Source: a virus. Taken from it: 64,000 nt of DNA. Positions 10,641 through 20,771 of the stretch are shown here, one piece after another. Every line of letters starts with the position of its first letter. The stretch's first letter is position 1. The notes below the pieces were generated by a model. That model ran no database searches, had not been told where the DNA came from, and saw nothing but the letters and a program-made list of their open reading frames with translations. The translations under genes and the position numbers were made by a program. The stretch spans positions 1 through 64,000 of the IMG/VR virus record IMGVR_UViG_3300044712_000936. One strand, 5' to 3'.

Positions 10641-11848
10641 CGACCTTTACGCAAAGAAGCGCCCAGTTTACGCCGTTTAATAAACCGCCACAAATCAACA
10701 CCTGCCTGTTTAGTACCAAACGGGCAGTTTAATATCTCCTGTGTAGTCTGGTAACTGATTTCTTCTACTTTTGCCAAGTCTGTATTCAGATATTGCAGAT
10801 GTGTTTGGAAATTATTGCAACCACACATTGCCCGATCTGCTAACGTTGTGGCGTAGAATACTATCCGTCTCTCAAACTCTGGATCCATCCGTAAATGGGG
10901 ATAGTCGGAATTATAATTAACTAAACCCGCACGGTATGATACGGTAGTACGATAAGGGAAACCACCTACACAATTGGTAGATGTCCAGCTTCCGGTTGTT
11001 GTATCCCAGGTTGCGTAGGCATATTCTACTGTTCCTCTCCGCGAGTCACGCACGCCTATACGTCCAGTAGTTGTTACTGGATAGGTAATGTCTCCGGCAT
11101 AAAAAGTAGCCTGGACTGAGGGATCAGTATATACACGGTACACATCAACAAGAGATAAAAAGTTAGCATCTACGTCTCCATCCACTTCCATTGTTGGATC
11201 GTTGTCAGATGGTACTTTTTCCTGTAAAGCGGGTTTCACTGCATAAGAACGTGGGAATGTTATAGTAGCGACTCCGGTTAAAATAGTAACACTAACCGGG
11301 CGAATTTCCCACGCATCATCAGCTGATCGACCAGGAAAATATACCGCTATTTCTTCTTTGTCTGTAACGGTTGTTGGAACAACTACGGTAGCTGTTTCAT
11401 CATACCCATCCAGATTTTCATCACTGTAGACTATAGGGGCATCGGCTTCAATAACTGTCTTAGCCCTTATTCCGCCCTCCAACACATAACCGAAACGAGT
11501 AAAGATAGTCCGTAAACCACCTATTGTATTACGTGTGTTGTATAGTTCTGTTCTGTACGATCCCTCAATTTCATGTTCCTCATTTTGTATCCATACAGGA
11601 GTCGGGTAAAAACCAAGTTCGGTAGCTACTTCTTCTTCTGCCTGATGAAGCACATAAGCTAAATCTTCTCGGCTAAACTTACTTGCGTTTTGCCAAGCAT
11701 ATTGATACCAGACATCATCACAGGCGTTACGATTAGGTACACCATAATCAGACACAACACCATTAAAATGATTCGGTTCAATGCCTAAAATTTCAGCTGC
11801 TCGATCCAGAGGGATCAGGGTTCGGGTCGTTGCTCTCGCCATTTTCAT
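10637..11848 (-). CDS. Putative head-tail adaptor/connector protein
   Basis: 403 aa; adaptor-like signature (EEVATELGFYPTP...VSYRAG...DPEFERRIV) and position between head and tail modules. Confidence 0.55.
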   Translation of the reverse strand: MKMARATTRTLIPLDRAAEILGIEPNHFNGVVSDYGVPNRNACDDVWYQYAWQNASKFSREDLAYVLHQAEEEVATELGFYPTPVWIQNEEHEIEGSYRTELYNTRNTIGGLRTIFTRFGYVLEGGIRAKTVIEADAPIVYSDENLDGYDETATVVVPTTVTDKEEIAVYFPGRSADDAWEIRPVSVTILTGVATITFPRSYAVKPALQEKVPSDNDPTMEVDGDVDANFLSLVDVYRVYTDPSVQATFYAGDITYPVTTTGRIGVRDSRRGTVEYAYATWDTTTGSWTSTNCVGGFPYRTTVSYRAGLVNYNSDYPHLRMDPEFERRIVFYATTLADRAMCGCNNFQTHLQYLNTDLAKVEEISYQTTQEILNCPFGTKQAGVDLWRFIKRRKLGASLRKGR

Positions 11849-12329
11849 TAACCTTAGTTAAATTGTTAACTGTAGTCATAACCTGCAATAACTGACATTG
11901 CAGTTCTTGTAAGCAAATTTGGGTGTTTTCACCTACTGTCAGTACGTTTTTTATAAGTATCTCTACAGGCTTTAAAGCTGTTTCAACCGCTTCTTTCATA
12001 TCCACATCGGCTAGGTTAGTAACGCTTTTATCAAGACGATCTACTGTAGTCTGTAATGCGGAATTAGTGATGGCAAATTGGTTCAAAGCTGATGTGTTAT
12101 TTTCTACAGCTTTCTTCGTTTCTCTACCTACTTCTAAATGACTTGCTGATAATTCAATCATTTTGTCTAATATCTCGTTAGTTTGTGCTTTGTCAGCTGT
12201 CACGCTCGTGATGGTCTTTCCAGCAAATCTAAAAGTGAAATATACAACCGCCAAAATTGTAAATAAAATAATAACTACGATGCCTACTGATTCAGGCTTA
12301 CTAAAGACTTTTATAAAAAGATCGTCCAT
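11793..12329 (-). CDS. Single-TM coiled-coil membrane protein
   Basis: N-terminal hydrophobic helix VGIVVIILFTILAVVYF followed by an amphipathic helical region. Confidence 0.6.
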   Translation of the reverse strand: MDDLFIKVFSKPESVGIVVIILFTILAVVYFTFRFAGKTITSVTADKAQTNEILDKMIELSASHLEVGRETKKAVENNTSALNQFAITNSALQTTVDRLDKSVTNLADVDMKEAVETALKPVEILIKNVLTVGENTQICLQELQCQLLQVMTTVNNLTKVNENGESNDPNPDPSGSSS

Positions 12330-12338
12330 ATCAGCAAC

Positions 12339-12623
12339 TTATTCTCCCCATATAAAATGATTAATTAAGATTGCACCTGCGCTACCCGCGAACGGCAGTA
12401 AGACAGGAGGGTAAATCAGGTATGCACCATAACATAAAAAACCTACCCAAACGCTCAGGCACATAAAACAGGATAATAAATATTGAATAGATATATTATT
12501 ATAAACTTTGAACCCGTCCACGCCGAGTTTCAGCCGGACAGGTTCAAAAATTTTCTCTGTGTGGAGAATATTGGTTACTCTCCACACAGCTAAAACGAAC
12601 ATTATAAACCAGCTAAGTGACAT
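12339..12623 (-). CDS. DUF1360-like membrane protein
   Basis: LAVWRVTNIL...IFEPVR...LLSCFMCLSVWVG pattern. Confidence 0.7.
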   Translation of the reverse strand: MSLSWFIMFVLAVWRVTNILHTEKIFEPVRLKLGVDGFKVYNNISIQYLLSCFMCLSVWVGFLCYGAYLIYPPVLLPFAGSAGAILINHFIWGE

Positions 12624-15435
12624 TAGCGAGAGCCTCTCTAATTTTCTTCACGCGGCTTTCCCCGATGCTTGGAATACTCAGCAACAGGGCGTCAGAAGCT
12701 AATGTCAGCTGTCCCACAGTTCGCAAACCGTTTCGTTTAAGGATTGTCTTAATTTCGTGAGCAAGATCAAGACTATCAACTGTTGCTGATGTAGGCTTAA
12801 CGGTTGTTTCTACTTTAATCGGCTTATCTTCTATTACTGCAAGTTCACCCGATTGTACAGCAACTTCCTCTGGTGCTAAAACAAACACACTCAGATCGAG
12901 AAAACGATACAGTTCATCCTTAAAAACAGGGAACACATGATCGCGCTCTATCGTATATTTTTCTCCTAAATGAGTGTGGCTTTTCATATGAAACACACCC
13001 GTTTGAGGGCCAACGTACTTCATGTTAACGAGATCTTGTTTAGGAGCGGTCTTTTTTGTAACACCAGATGTGTTGATACGTACAGTGGGAGTACCCCCAC
13101 AAGATGAGCAACCCATAATAGCACCTTTCTTATAAATGTCTACGTGTTTATCTCTTATATATTTTAACAGATCATTCTTATTAGCAAAATCCTTATCTCT
13201 ATTTAAGCCGGTTCTATACCGATAGGTAAATAAGGGGTGTGCTATACGAGTTCCACAGATACCTTTTTCCAGTAAGGACAGGTGCAAATCCCAGTCCTCC
13301 CATCCTGCTATACTCTCGTCAAAGCCACCAACTGCTAATAAATGATTCTTTTCGTATAACCCGGTAATTGGTCCTATAGCTTTACTGGTTAAGCTTTCAG
13401 CATTCCAATCTTTAGCTGTGTCGTGATAAACATCAGCCCCATTATCAGCATACCAGTCTGTATAAATCCAACCACCGGCTGTTTTATAAACTTTGTACAA
13501 AGCTTCTAGCCAGTAAGGTTGAGCATAATCATCACAATCCAAAAAGGCTATCAAAGGGGCATTTGCCTGTTCTATACCACGATTACGAGCATAAGCTGTA
13601 CCATGATTGGTGTCAGAATCAAGAACCATCACAAAAGGAAAGCCAGCTAAGTACGGGTTAATTAACTGCCCATTCTCATACCAGGATTGACCAGTATCGT
13701 TAACGACAATGACTTCCCAGTTTTGAAAGGTTTGAAATACCAGACTATCTAGACAATCTTGCAAATAAACGTCATGTTCAGGACCAACCGGAATAATCAC
13801 AGAAATCATAGCTGGATTTAATGATCTGATTTTTGAACCGTCTTTTGCTGCAAAGGGTGTCAGATCAGAATGTCTTGCCCACGTAAACCAGGACATAAAA
13901 TCCTCGCCCTTTTTAGTGTGGCTTAAAGAATCCACTCGCATTGTATACAGCAGTGTTGGATATTCACCAATATTTTCTGCCCTAAACCCATAAGATAAAG
14001 CTCTGGTCCAAAAATCAGCATCTTCTACACCAGAGTGAATTCGTCTACGATAGCCACCTGTTCGTTCCCATACTGACTTTCTATACATAGACGCATAAGG
14101 CAGCTGGTTCTGTTTAGCAATCTGGTTTTCGTAACCTGGATTGGGAGGGGGCCATCCAGAAACAAAACTCTTACCGTCTGGATTAAAGACTTGCATAGCT
14201 CCGGTAGCAATATGCACTCCTGGATCCCTATCCAGCGCACGAGACAGCCGTTTTAAAGCGTCTTCGTTTAGACGATCATCAGCATCTAAAGGAATAACGT
14301 ACTCGCCACGAGCTAAGCTAATGCCGATATTACGAGATTCAGAGACATGCTGATTAACTGCATTACGAACAACCCTTATTCGGGAATCTGTTTCTGCAAA
14401 ACTGGTTGCTATTTCTACTGTGTTGTCTGTACTGGCATCATCTACAATAATCAGTTCCCAGTCAGAGAAAGTCTGATTTAAGACTGATTGAATTGCCTGT
14501 GGTAAATATTCAGCCAGATTAAAAGCTGTAATAACTACCGACACCTTGACTGGATAGTTTTTGTTTAGAGCAGCTTCGTAAGCAGTGACATACTGACCAA
14601 CAACATGATTCCATTGATAGCGGTCTACAACAGTTTGTCTAGCCGCTTTGCCCATTTCTTCTCTGTGTTCAAGACAGTAATGCAGACCATCAACCATATC
14701 GTCATAATTACCAGGATCAACCAAGTAACCGTTAACTTTATGAGTTAGTATTTCTGCCTGTCCTCCCCAGTTCCACGACAAAACAGGTACACCACTAGCC
14801 ATAGCTTCGATAATGCCTACGCCAAACGTTTCTTTAGCAGTAGCTAGGTAAACCGAAGTACCGCTGATTATTCGTTTCATATCCTTGTAGGGAAGTCTAC
14901 CGATAACCTGTACATTATCCGTCTGTTTTCCGTAAGTAGTTCTGAAAATAGTATTAGGAACAAGACTTGCTAATGTATTAACTACCGAACTATCACAACT
15001 AGGATCGTGCCTGTTTTTATTCCATAGCACATACCCTAGCGGATCACCAACCTTCCATTCATCCAGATCGACACCATGATTAACAACAACAGGATCTAAT
15101 AACATGCCCCTTTGCAGAACGTTGGCTACCCAACGAGAAGGGACCGTCACCACAGAGGCGCGTCTCATTCCATTAATGATGTCACGATTAGCGTCTAAGG
15201 CCCATTTAGCTCCCCAATTATCCTCTGACCAGTACAAACCGTGACAGGACAGCACCAAATTAGGGTGATTGACTATAGACGTGGCATGACAATTAGCTAC
15301 ATCGGCATCTAGTAAATCCTTAACAATTTCTACCCCGTAATCGGGAAGGTATTTAAGCTGAGCCTCGACACAGCGGCGAATTCCTCCGTCACCAGTATCC
15401 GGCTTGTCAAAAGTAGGGTTTATATATACCTTCAT
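12613..15435 (-). CDS. Multidomain glycosyltransferase GT4-GT2-GT2 with C-terminal CxxC and RNAP alpha-CTD-like HhH domain
   Basis: GT4 ETFGVGIIEAMASG; GT2 VDDASTD, LDADD, EDADFW; second GT2 VNDTG, LDCDD, EDWDL; tail SLDLAHEIKTILKRNGLRTVGQL...LLSIPSIGESRVKKI. Confidence 0.9.
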   Translation of the reverse strand: MKVYINPTFDKPDTGDGGIRRCVEAQLKYLPDYGVEIVKDLLDADVANCHATSIVNHPNLVLSCHGLYWSEDNWGAKWALDANRDIINGMRRASVVTVPSRWVANVLQRGMLLDPVVVNHGVDLDEWKVGDPLGYVLWNKNRHDPSCDSSVVNTLASLVPNTIFRTTYGKQTDNVQVIGRLPYKDMKRIISGTSVYLATAKETFGVGIIEAMASGVPVLSWNWGGQAEILTHKVNGYLVDPGNYDDMVDGLHYCLEHREEMGKAARQTVVDRYQWNHVVGQYVTAYEAALNKNYPVKVSVVITAFNLAEYLPQAIQSVLNQTFSDWELIIVDDASTDNTVEIATSFAETDSRIRVVRNAVNQHVSESRNIGISLARGEYVIPLDADDRLNEDALKRLSRALDRDPGVHIATGAMQVFNPDGKSFVSGWPPPNPGYENQIAKQNQLPYASMYRKSVWERTGGYRRRIHSGVEDADFWTRALSYGFRAENIGEYPTLLYTMRVDSLSHTKKGEDFMSWFTWARHSDLTPFAAKDGSKIRSLNPAMISVIIPVGPEHDVYLQDCLDSLVFQTFQNWEVIVVNDTGQSWYENGQLINPYLAGFPFVMVLDSDTNHGTAYARNRGIEQANAPLIAFLDCDDYAQPYWLEALYKVYKTAGGWIYTDWYADNGADVYHDTAKDWNAESLTSKAIGPITGLYEKNHLLAVGGFDESIAGWEDWDLHLSLLEKGICGTRIAHPLFTYRYRTGLNRDKDFANKNDLLKYIRDKHVDIYKKGAIMGCSSCGGTPTVRINTSGVTKKTAPKQDLVNMKYVGPQTGVFHMKSHTHLGEKYTIERDHVFPVFKDELYRFLDLSVFVLAPEEVAVQSGELAVIEDKPIKVETTVKPTSATVDSLDLAHEIKTILKRNGLRTVGQLTLASDALLLSIPSIGESRVKKIREALANVT

Positions 15436-16136
15436 TAATTCTCCGGTTGAACGTTATTTAAAGAAGCATTCATGCCAATATTTTTAAATGGTGAACACTG
15501 AAAATGACTGGCTATGTTAGCAGGGAATAATATCTCAGGAGGATTAGGGCTGGTATTATACCTGCCACACATATTTAACTCCTCCGCACCGGGGTTAACT
15601 CCTTCTTGATGATAGCCAATAGTATTATACCAGTTAACAGATCGTAAAGAAATCTGTCCAGAATAAGCGTACTGATCGGAGTTGGGTACAATGCGCCAGT
15701 AACACATCGGCCCATAACCCTCGACGTCACCAACCAGATCAGCCTTTATGCCGTGTGACAAATAGCCTAAACGAATCACGCCCACCCTCGGATTAGCAAT
15801 CAAAAGGTCAGCATAGGATGTGATATTAAACTTATCAGCTAAACACCAATCATCTTCTAGTAATAAAACAAGTCTGGTTGAGATAAAAGCTTGACGCAAA
15901 GCTATGTTTTTACTTGCTCCAACACCATGCCGATTTGCATTAGTAACAAAAACCTGTTCATTGGGCAGCAGACCTTTTAACTGATCAATATAGGCAGTAG
16001 GACTACCGTCATCGGCTATAATCCAAAATCGTGGGCCATCATCGTAAACTAAATTATCTCTTAGCGAGATAATTGTAGGAACTGCTGTTGACGGTCTGTT
16101 GTAAGTTGTAACAATAATTCCTAATGGTTCTCGCAT
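15435..16136 (-). CDS. Glycosyltransferase family 2
   Basis: IVTTYNRP, IADDGS, LLEDDW motifs. Confidence 0.85.
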   Translation of the reverse strand: MREPLGIIVTTYNRPSTAVPTIISLRDNLVYDDGPRFWIIADDGSPTAYIDQLKGLLPNEQVFVTNANRHGVGASKNIALRQAFISTRLVLLLEDDWCLADKFNITSYADLLIANPRVGVIRLGYLSHGIKADLVGDVEGYGPMCYWRIVPNSDQYAYSGQISLRSVNWYNTIGYHQEGVNPGAEELNMCGRYNTSPNPPEILFPANIASHFQCSPFKNIGMNASLNNVQPEN

Positions 16137-16336
16137 TTATTATACTTCCTATATTTACTGTAATCTCCTAAGTAATCGTACTCTAAATGTTCGTCATATA
16201 AAACTTTTCCACAAGTGTAACATGTCGTTCTACAGTAATTGTGAACAGTGTAGAGTTTATTTGGCTCTATCTCACAAACACCTTCAAACATTCTTGAGAA
16301 ATGTATATCTCTATGTCTGCAAAGAAATTTTAGCAT
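16121..16336 (-). CDS. Hypothetical Cys-containing protein
   Basis: 71 aa, KFLCRH and CYTCGK motifs, in operon. Confidence 0.5.
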   Translation of the reverse strand: MLKFLCRHRDIHFSRMFEGVCEIEPNKLYTVHNYCRTTCYTCGKVLYDEHLEYDYLGDYSKYRKYNKCENH

Positions 16337-16338
16337 GG

Positions 16339-16713
16339 TTATTTATCCTCAACAGGACGATGGGTATTATTATAATTTCTAGCACCTTCCGAAGACTTAC
16401 AACGTTTAAAAAACATATAATCCTCTTGGCTTTTCTGTATAATATCTTCTTCAGTTAAATGTGCGTTTTTCCTATTTGTAGTTAATTTATAATAATCAAT
16501 AACGTCGTCAAAAATACTTATGTTTTTACTCGCTAGCACTTTATGACACATACTACACTCATAACATATTTTTGCGTCTATTCGCCAATTCAAATATTGA
16601 TAAGTGACTTTACCTATATCAAAAGCGAGAAACGTTTTCCTGTGAATTCCCAACTTACACAGTAACTTACTCATCTTCTGTATGCCTAAATAAGAATCTA
16701 TCGTCATAGTCAT
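16339..16713 (-). CDS. Hypothetical protein (probable start near MSKLLCKLGIH)
   Basis: LLCKLGIH...CSMCHK, in operon. Confidence 0.5.
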   Translation of the reverse strand: MTMTIDSYLGIQKMSKLLCKLGIHRKTFLAFDIGKVTYQYLNWRIDAKICYECSMCHKVLASKNISIFDDVIDYYKLTTNRKNAHLTEEDIIQKSQEDYMFFKRCKSSEGARNYNNTHRPVEDK

Positions 16714-16954
16714 ATTTTGGATCGTACTTTGGGTAGTGTTTCCTAGCAGTCGTCCATCCTAAACTACCATCATATTCGTCTGCACGAACGAGATAACCCT
16801 GTTCATCTAAGGCAACTTTTACTACATTACCGTTTGACACATAGTATGTAGGATAAGACATCCTTTCAAGCATATCCCTGACAGCATGAATGTCGTTTTT
16901 AATTCCCTCTAACAAAGTGATTATAGTTTGCTCGTCCATTCTGGTTCCTTCCAC
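16667..16954 (-). CDS. Hypothetical protein
   Basis: 95 aa ORF overlapping its neighbours in the operon. Confidence 0.5.
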   Translation of the reverse strand: MEGTRMDEQTIITLLEGIKNDIHAVRDMLERMSYPTYYVSNGNVVKVALDEQGYLVRADEYDGSLGWTTARKHYPKYDPKYDYDDRFLFRHTEDE

Positions 16955-17694
16955 TCAGCAGTTAAATCATTACGTAACTGTACCATAAAATCACCATAAC
17001 GAGAGGCACTCTCTAAAGTATATCGCTGATCATGCTCCCGTACAATATAAAGGGGGTTGCCTTCGTCAATTTTGTGAAGATGTTCTGGTAAATGAACCAT
17101 CATCACACTGATTAAAGCCGCATCCATGCCCCCGGTAACTGTCATGGGGTGTAAACCACCTGTTTTATTCCACAAGCCTTTAGTTACCACATTAGCATGA
17201 TTAAACCAGCTTATAACATCAGTTGTACCCATTATCTGACAGCTAAAATTGTACAGACCTAATGGATCACCTATTTTAACGATTGTTTCTTTAGCTTTTT
17301 CTATAGCCATAGGGTGTAAAATATCGTCTGAGCCTAGCTGTAAAACGTATTCATTTCTGGCAAGAGCTATCCCATAATTAAAAGCTGTAACAACACCCGA
17401 TAACCAGGGAGTTTTAAACATAGAAATTGCTATAGGTATTCCGCGTATAGGTTGTTCTTCACTTAGGTATATTGCTTTATGGTTGATACCCAAACGAGCT
17501 ATTTGTGTAGAATTTTCCCAGGTTATATAATCGTCCATTTTTATATCTGCCTGATCATTAATTAACAAAATTTCATCAGGCAAATCTGTTTGATATAGAA
17601 CACTGTTAATGCATTCAGATAGCCACTGTTTGTGGCATTCTTTAGGGCCAACAGGGATAGTTACAGTTAGCTTAATATCAGATAAACTTGGCAC
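16921..17694 (-). CDS. Glycosyltransferase family 2
   Basis: VTIPVGP, INDQA, LGSDD (DxD-like) motifs. Confidence 0.8.
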   Translation of the reverse strand: MPSLSDIKLTVTIPVGPKECHKQWLSECINSVLYQTDLPDEILLINDQADIKMDDYITWENSTQIARLGINHKAIYLSEEQPIRGIPIAISMFKTPWLSGVVTAFNYGIALARNEYVLQLGSDDILHPMAIEKAKETIVKIGDPLGLYNFSCQIMGTTDVISWFNHANVVTKGLWNKTGGLHPMTVTGGMDAALISVMMVHLPEHLHKIDEGNPLYIVREHDQRYTLESASRYGDFMVQLRNDLTAEWKEPEWTSKL

Positions 17695-18469
17695 GCAAAC
17701 CCCTCATTTCCTCGATCATTTGCTGGAAAGACTTGTGAACCATAATCTGATCGTCTTTGTGTATTGACGCCAGAGTTCGATCAATTCGAACCACAGGATC
17801 AGGGATAATAGTCTTTCCCCAATCATAGACATCGTTGACAATTTTGAGCATTTCATATTTACTTACAGTCTCCGCACCATGAATGTGAATCAGATTTGTA
17901 TTTACGTGATGGTTAGCGTAGTAGATTAAGATGTGCGATAGTTCCGCTGTAGTAATACCGTTCCACAAGGCATTTGACCAGCCCATAACGGCTGATGTTT
18001 GCTGCTGAAACCAACCTAACAAGGAGCGCCGTTTTGGATCCGGATAACCCACAAAACTACAGCGAACGGTTAAATGGTTATCCCAGGTAATCTCACCGAG
18101 AGCTTTAGAGTACCCGTAGGCGTCAATTGGTGTTGGATAATCACTCTCATCATAACCACCAACGTCACCATTAAACACGCAATCGGTTGAAACGTGTATC
18201 ATCCGAATACCCATCGTATCGCAAACCTGAGCAATAAGGCGGGGAGCATAAGCATTCACACGAAAATGATCCATTTCAGGTGCTGATTTTATAGTCAAAC
18301 CAGCGCAGTTAACAACAACGTTAGGTCTATGTTTATGCAGGATTTCACGAACCTGATATGGATTAGTTATATCACAGGTAGCACGAGTAAACGGAATTAC
18401 CTCGGGATACAACTGGCACAACTGAGATCCTAACAGACCGTTTGCCCCAAATATAGCTATTTTTGTCAT
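17678..18469 (-). CDS. RmlD-like NDP-4-keto-6-deoxysugar reductase (extended SDR)
   Basis: GANGLLG, NCAG, STDCVF, YGYSK motifs. Confidence 0.9.
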   Translation of the reverse strand: MTKIAIFGANGLLGSQLCQLYPEVIPFTRATCDITNPYQVREILHKHRPNVVVNCAGLTIKSAPEMDHFRVNAYAPRLIAQVCDTMGIRMIHVSTDCVFNGDVGGYDESDYPTPIDAYGYSKALGEITWDNHLTVRCSFVGYPDPKRRSLLGWFQQQTSAVMGWSNALWNGITTAELSHILIYYANHHVNTNLIHIHGAETVSKYEMLKIVNDVYDWGKTIIPDPVVRIDRTLASIHKDDQIMVHKSFQQMIEEMRGLRAKFI

Positions 18470-18642
18470 GAATTCCTCGACAGTCGCCTTTTAAATATGC
18501 AGATATAGGTTTTAACAAAACCATCCTGAACAAAAACGGATATGAGTTCCCATCCTGCCTCCCCCCAGTCATTCAACATATCTTCTAGGCGAGGAGACAA
18601 GCTTAGTTTCTCTATTACCTTATATTCGTAAGCTACAGCCAT
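18466..18642 (-). CDS. DUF4177-like small protein (58 aa, not in the ORF track)
   Basis: Manual translation MAVAYEYKVIEKLSLSPRLEDMLNDWGEAGWELISV...IFKRR; TGATG and ATGA overlaps with its neighbours. Confidence 0.75.
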   Translation of the reverse strand: MAVAYEYKVIEKLSLSPRLEDMLNDWGEAGWELISVFVQDGFVKTYICIFKRRLSRNS

Positions 18643-19184
18643 CAGGTTTTTCTGACTATATAAGAAATACCGGGAGTACCAACAAATTCGTAATGAGACG
18701 GAACCAAATCCAAATACTCATGAACGGCAGTTGCTACCCCATTTGTACCGTTCTTTTCGAGATCAACATAGTCATGAAACCACACATAGCCACCGACCAC
18801 AACATGAGGCCAGTAGGCTTTTATGTCGTTGAACACAGACAAAGCAGAATGATCGGCATCTACAATAAGTAATGAGATGTTATCAAAATCATTCTCTACC
18901 AGTTTCAACACACCTACTGTATCTCCACAAACTACATAACTGGAAAAACCGGAGGCATGTAGGTGTGCCTCATAAGTCTTAATCACAGCCGGATTGTTGT
19001 CTACGGCTATAATATTAAGGGTGGGATTACCTTCTAACAAGGCTAAGGACATCAATCCTGGTCCGGCCCCTAACATACAGACCTTTGCCCCTGTATGCAA
19101 AGTTTTGGCTAGATTTTGGAGGTATTCTATTTCATTTCCGAATGTGTAAGGTAGAATTTCATTCCGTTGAGCCGCCGTTAGCAT
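18642..19184 (-). CDS. Class I SAM-dependent methyltransferase (Methyltransf_24-like), probably sugar O-methylation
   Basis: LGAGPG, VDADHS, GGYVWFHDY motifs. Confidence 0.8.
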   Translation of the reverse strand: MLTAAQRNEILPYTFGNEIEYLQNLAKTLHTGAKVCMLGAGPGLMSLALLEGNPTLNIIAVDNNPAVIKTYEAHLHASGFSSYVVCGDTVGVLKLVENDFDNISLLIVDADHSALSVFNDIKAYWPHVVVGGYVWFHDYVDLEKNGTNGVATAVHEYLDLVPSHYEFVGTPGISYIVRKT

Positions 19185-20120
19185 TTAAGAATCCTTTAAT
19201 AGCTGCTTAAGTTCGTCACTAGTTAGCCAGTGACTAGGGCAATCGCTTGTATATTCGTATTGAAACAACAAATTTGTACCAACATTTTTCTGAGGATCGT
19301 TTACAATAAAGTGCTCACCAATATCGTAGGTATGCATCGATTCTTCTCTAACAATCAGAGTTTCGTGCAGCCGCTCACCAGGACGAATACCGATGTATTT
19401 AATGTCTCTGTTTGGATCTAACGTCTTAGCTAACTCTACAATAGACATAGCGGGTGCTTTAGGGACAGTAATTGTTCCTGCCTCTGATTTTTCCAGAGCA
19501 AACAGAATAAGATCAATCGCCTGTTTCATTGACAGCCAGAAACGAGTCATCTTTTCGTGGGTAAGGGTAAAAGGCTTACCGTCAGCCATTTGACGCTCTA
19601 ACAAGGGCACAAGAGAATTGGCACTCTTAAGGACGTTCCCATAACGAACCGAAACAAATTCGGTATCTCGCCAATTGTTAGCTTCTCTGAAAATACCCTC
19701 TCCAAGACGCTTAGTGACCCCGTAATAGGTAGGACCACAGGCTTTGTCACTGGAAATGAGGATAGCACGCTCAACGTTTGCCTCTGCGCTGGCAATAGCT
19801 ACGTTCTTAGTGCCCTCTACGTTACAGGTAACAGCTTCTTTAACATTGATCTCTGCTACAGGAACGATCTTCAACGCAGCTGCATGAATAACAACCTGAT
19901 GTCCTGGTAAAATAGTTCTTAACCAGTCCAGATCTCGTACATCACCAATTTTACAATCCACATTAGGGAATTCAGACTTAACCTGAGAGATCTTTGTTTC
20001 GTTCCGAGCAAGAATAGTAAACTGTGTGTCCCAGTTCTCATCTCGTGCTCGTTTAAGAATTGCCTTGCCTAAACTACCACTTCCACCAGTTATCAGAACG
20101 CGCTTACCGGATAGTATCAT
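19185..20120 (-). CDS. UDP-GlcNAc 4,6-dehydratase (PseB/FnlA/CapD-like, Polysacc_synt_2)
   Basis: TGGSGSLG, HAAALKIVP, ISSDKA, YGVTK, RYGNV, MTRFW, GIRPGERLHE; SD AGGAG before ATG 20120. Confidence 0.9.
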   Translation of the reverse strand: MILSGKRVLITGGSGSLGKAILKRARDENWDTQFTILARNETKISQVKSEFPNVDCKIGDVRDLDWLRTILPGHQVVIHAAALKIVPVAEINVKEAVTCNVEGTKNVAIASAEANVERAILISSDKACGPTYYGVTKRLGEGIFREANNWRDTEFVSVRYGNVLKSANSLVPLLERQMADGKPFTLTHEKMTRFWLSMKQAIDLILFALEKSEAGTITVPKAPAMSIVELAKTLDPNRDIKYIGIRPGERLHETLIVREESMHTYDIGEHFIVNDPQKNVGTNLLFQYEYTSDCPSHWLTSDELKQLLKDS

Positions 20121-20155
20121 TCTAGTCTCCTGAATCAAAAAAGTGTATACCTACT

Positions 20156-20184
20156 AGTATACACTTTAACTCATTATATGTCAA
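20156..20184 (-). promoter_or_regulatory. sigma70-type promoter for the sugar biosynthesis genes, overlapping a terminator-like hairpin
   Basis: TTGACA, 17 bp, TATACT on the minus strand; inverted repeat AAAGTGTATAC/GTATACACTTT with a T-tract at ~20137-20167. Confidence 0.65.
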
Positions 20185-20191
20185 GTTTATA

Positions 20192-20740
20192 TTAAAAAGA
20201 CTCTGGGGTACTGCCAACCATTTGTTGTAATAGAACAGCGTCAACTAATATGTAGTTAAAATGATCTATTCTGTTAGAAACTAATCCAGCCGCTTGATAG
20301 GGATTAGCCGGATCAAACGAGGCACTAAACCAATATCTTTTTGCTCTATCTGTTTCTGGATCATAAGCTCTAATCTCCATTGCAACAACTACGGGAGTAT
20401 ACCCGCCAAGATCAGAACTAAATGTGTCCCAATTCCAAGCATTCCAATTTATAGAATCTGGCATATTTTCTATATACTGGTAAATTGGAATTTTCGCCCA
20501 CAAAGATATATAACCCGATAAATTAATATTACAAGTTCTAATATTTTCTGGACGAGATACATCACAAATACTGTTTTCCCCCTCAACAAATTTGTAATGG
20601 TGATAATCTTGTCCGTCATTGTATTGAATTATTAATTCAAACACATCGTTTGGATTGATTCCATTTAAAATACTGGATTGTGCTTGAACTGGCTTAACTA
20701 GAACAAGAATTAAAATAAAAACAAACAATAGCTGTTTCAC
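20192..20740 (-). CDS. Secreted/exported hypothetical protein
   Basis: Probable GTG start at 20740 after SD AAAGG; signal peptide (M)KQLLFVFILILVLVKPVQA. Confidence 0.65.
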   Translation of the reverse strand: MKQLLFVFILILVLVKPVQAQSSILNGINPNDVFELIIQYNDGQDYHHYKFVEGENSICDVSRPENIRTCNINLSGYISLWAKIPIYQYIENMPDSINWNAWNWDTFSSDLGGYTPVVVAMEIRAYDPETDRAKRYWFSASFDPANPYQAAGLVSNRIDHFNYILVDAVLLQQMVGSTPESF

Positions 20741-20771
20741 ACTACAACCTTTCGCCCAACCATGCGTCAAA

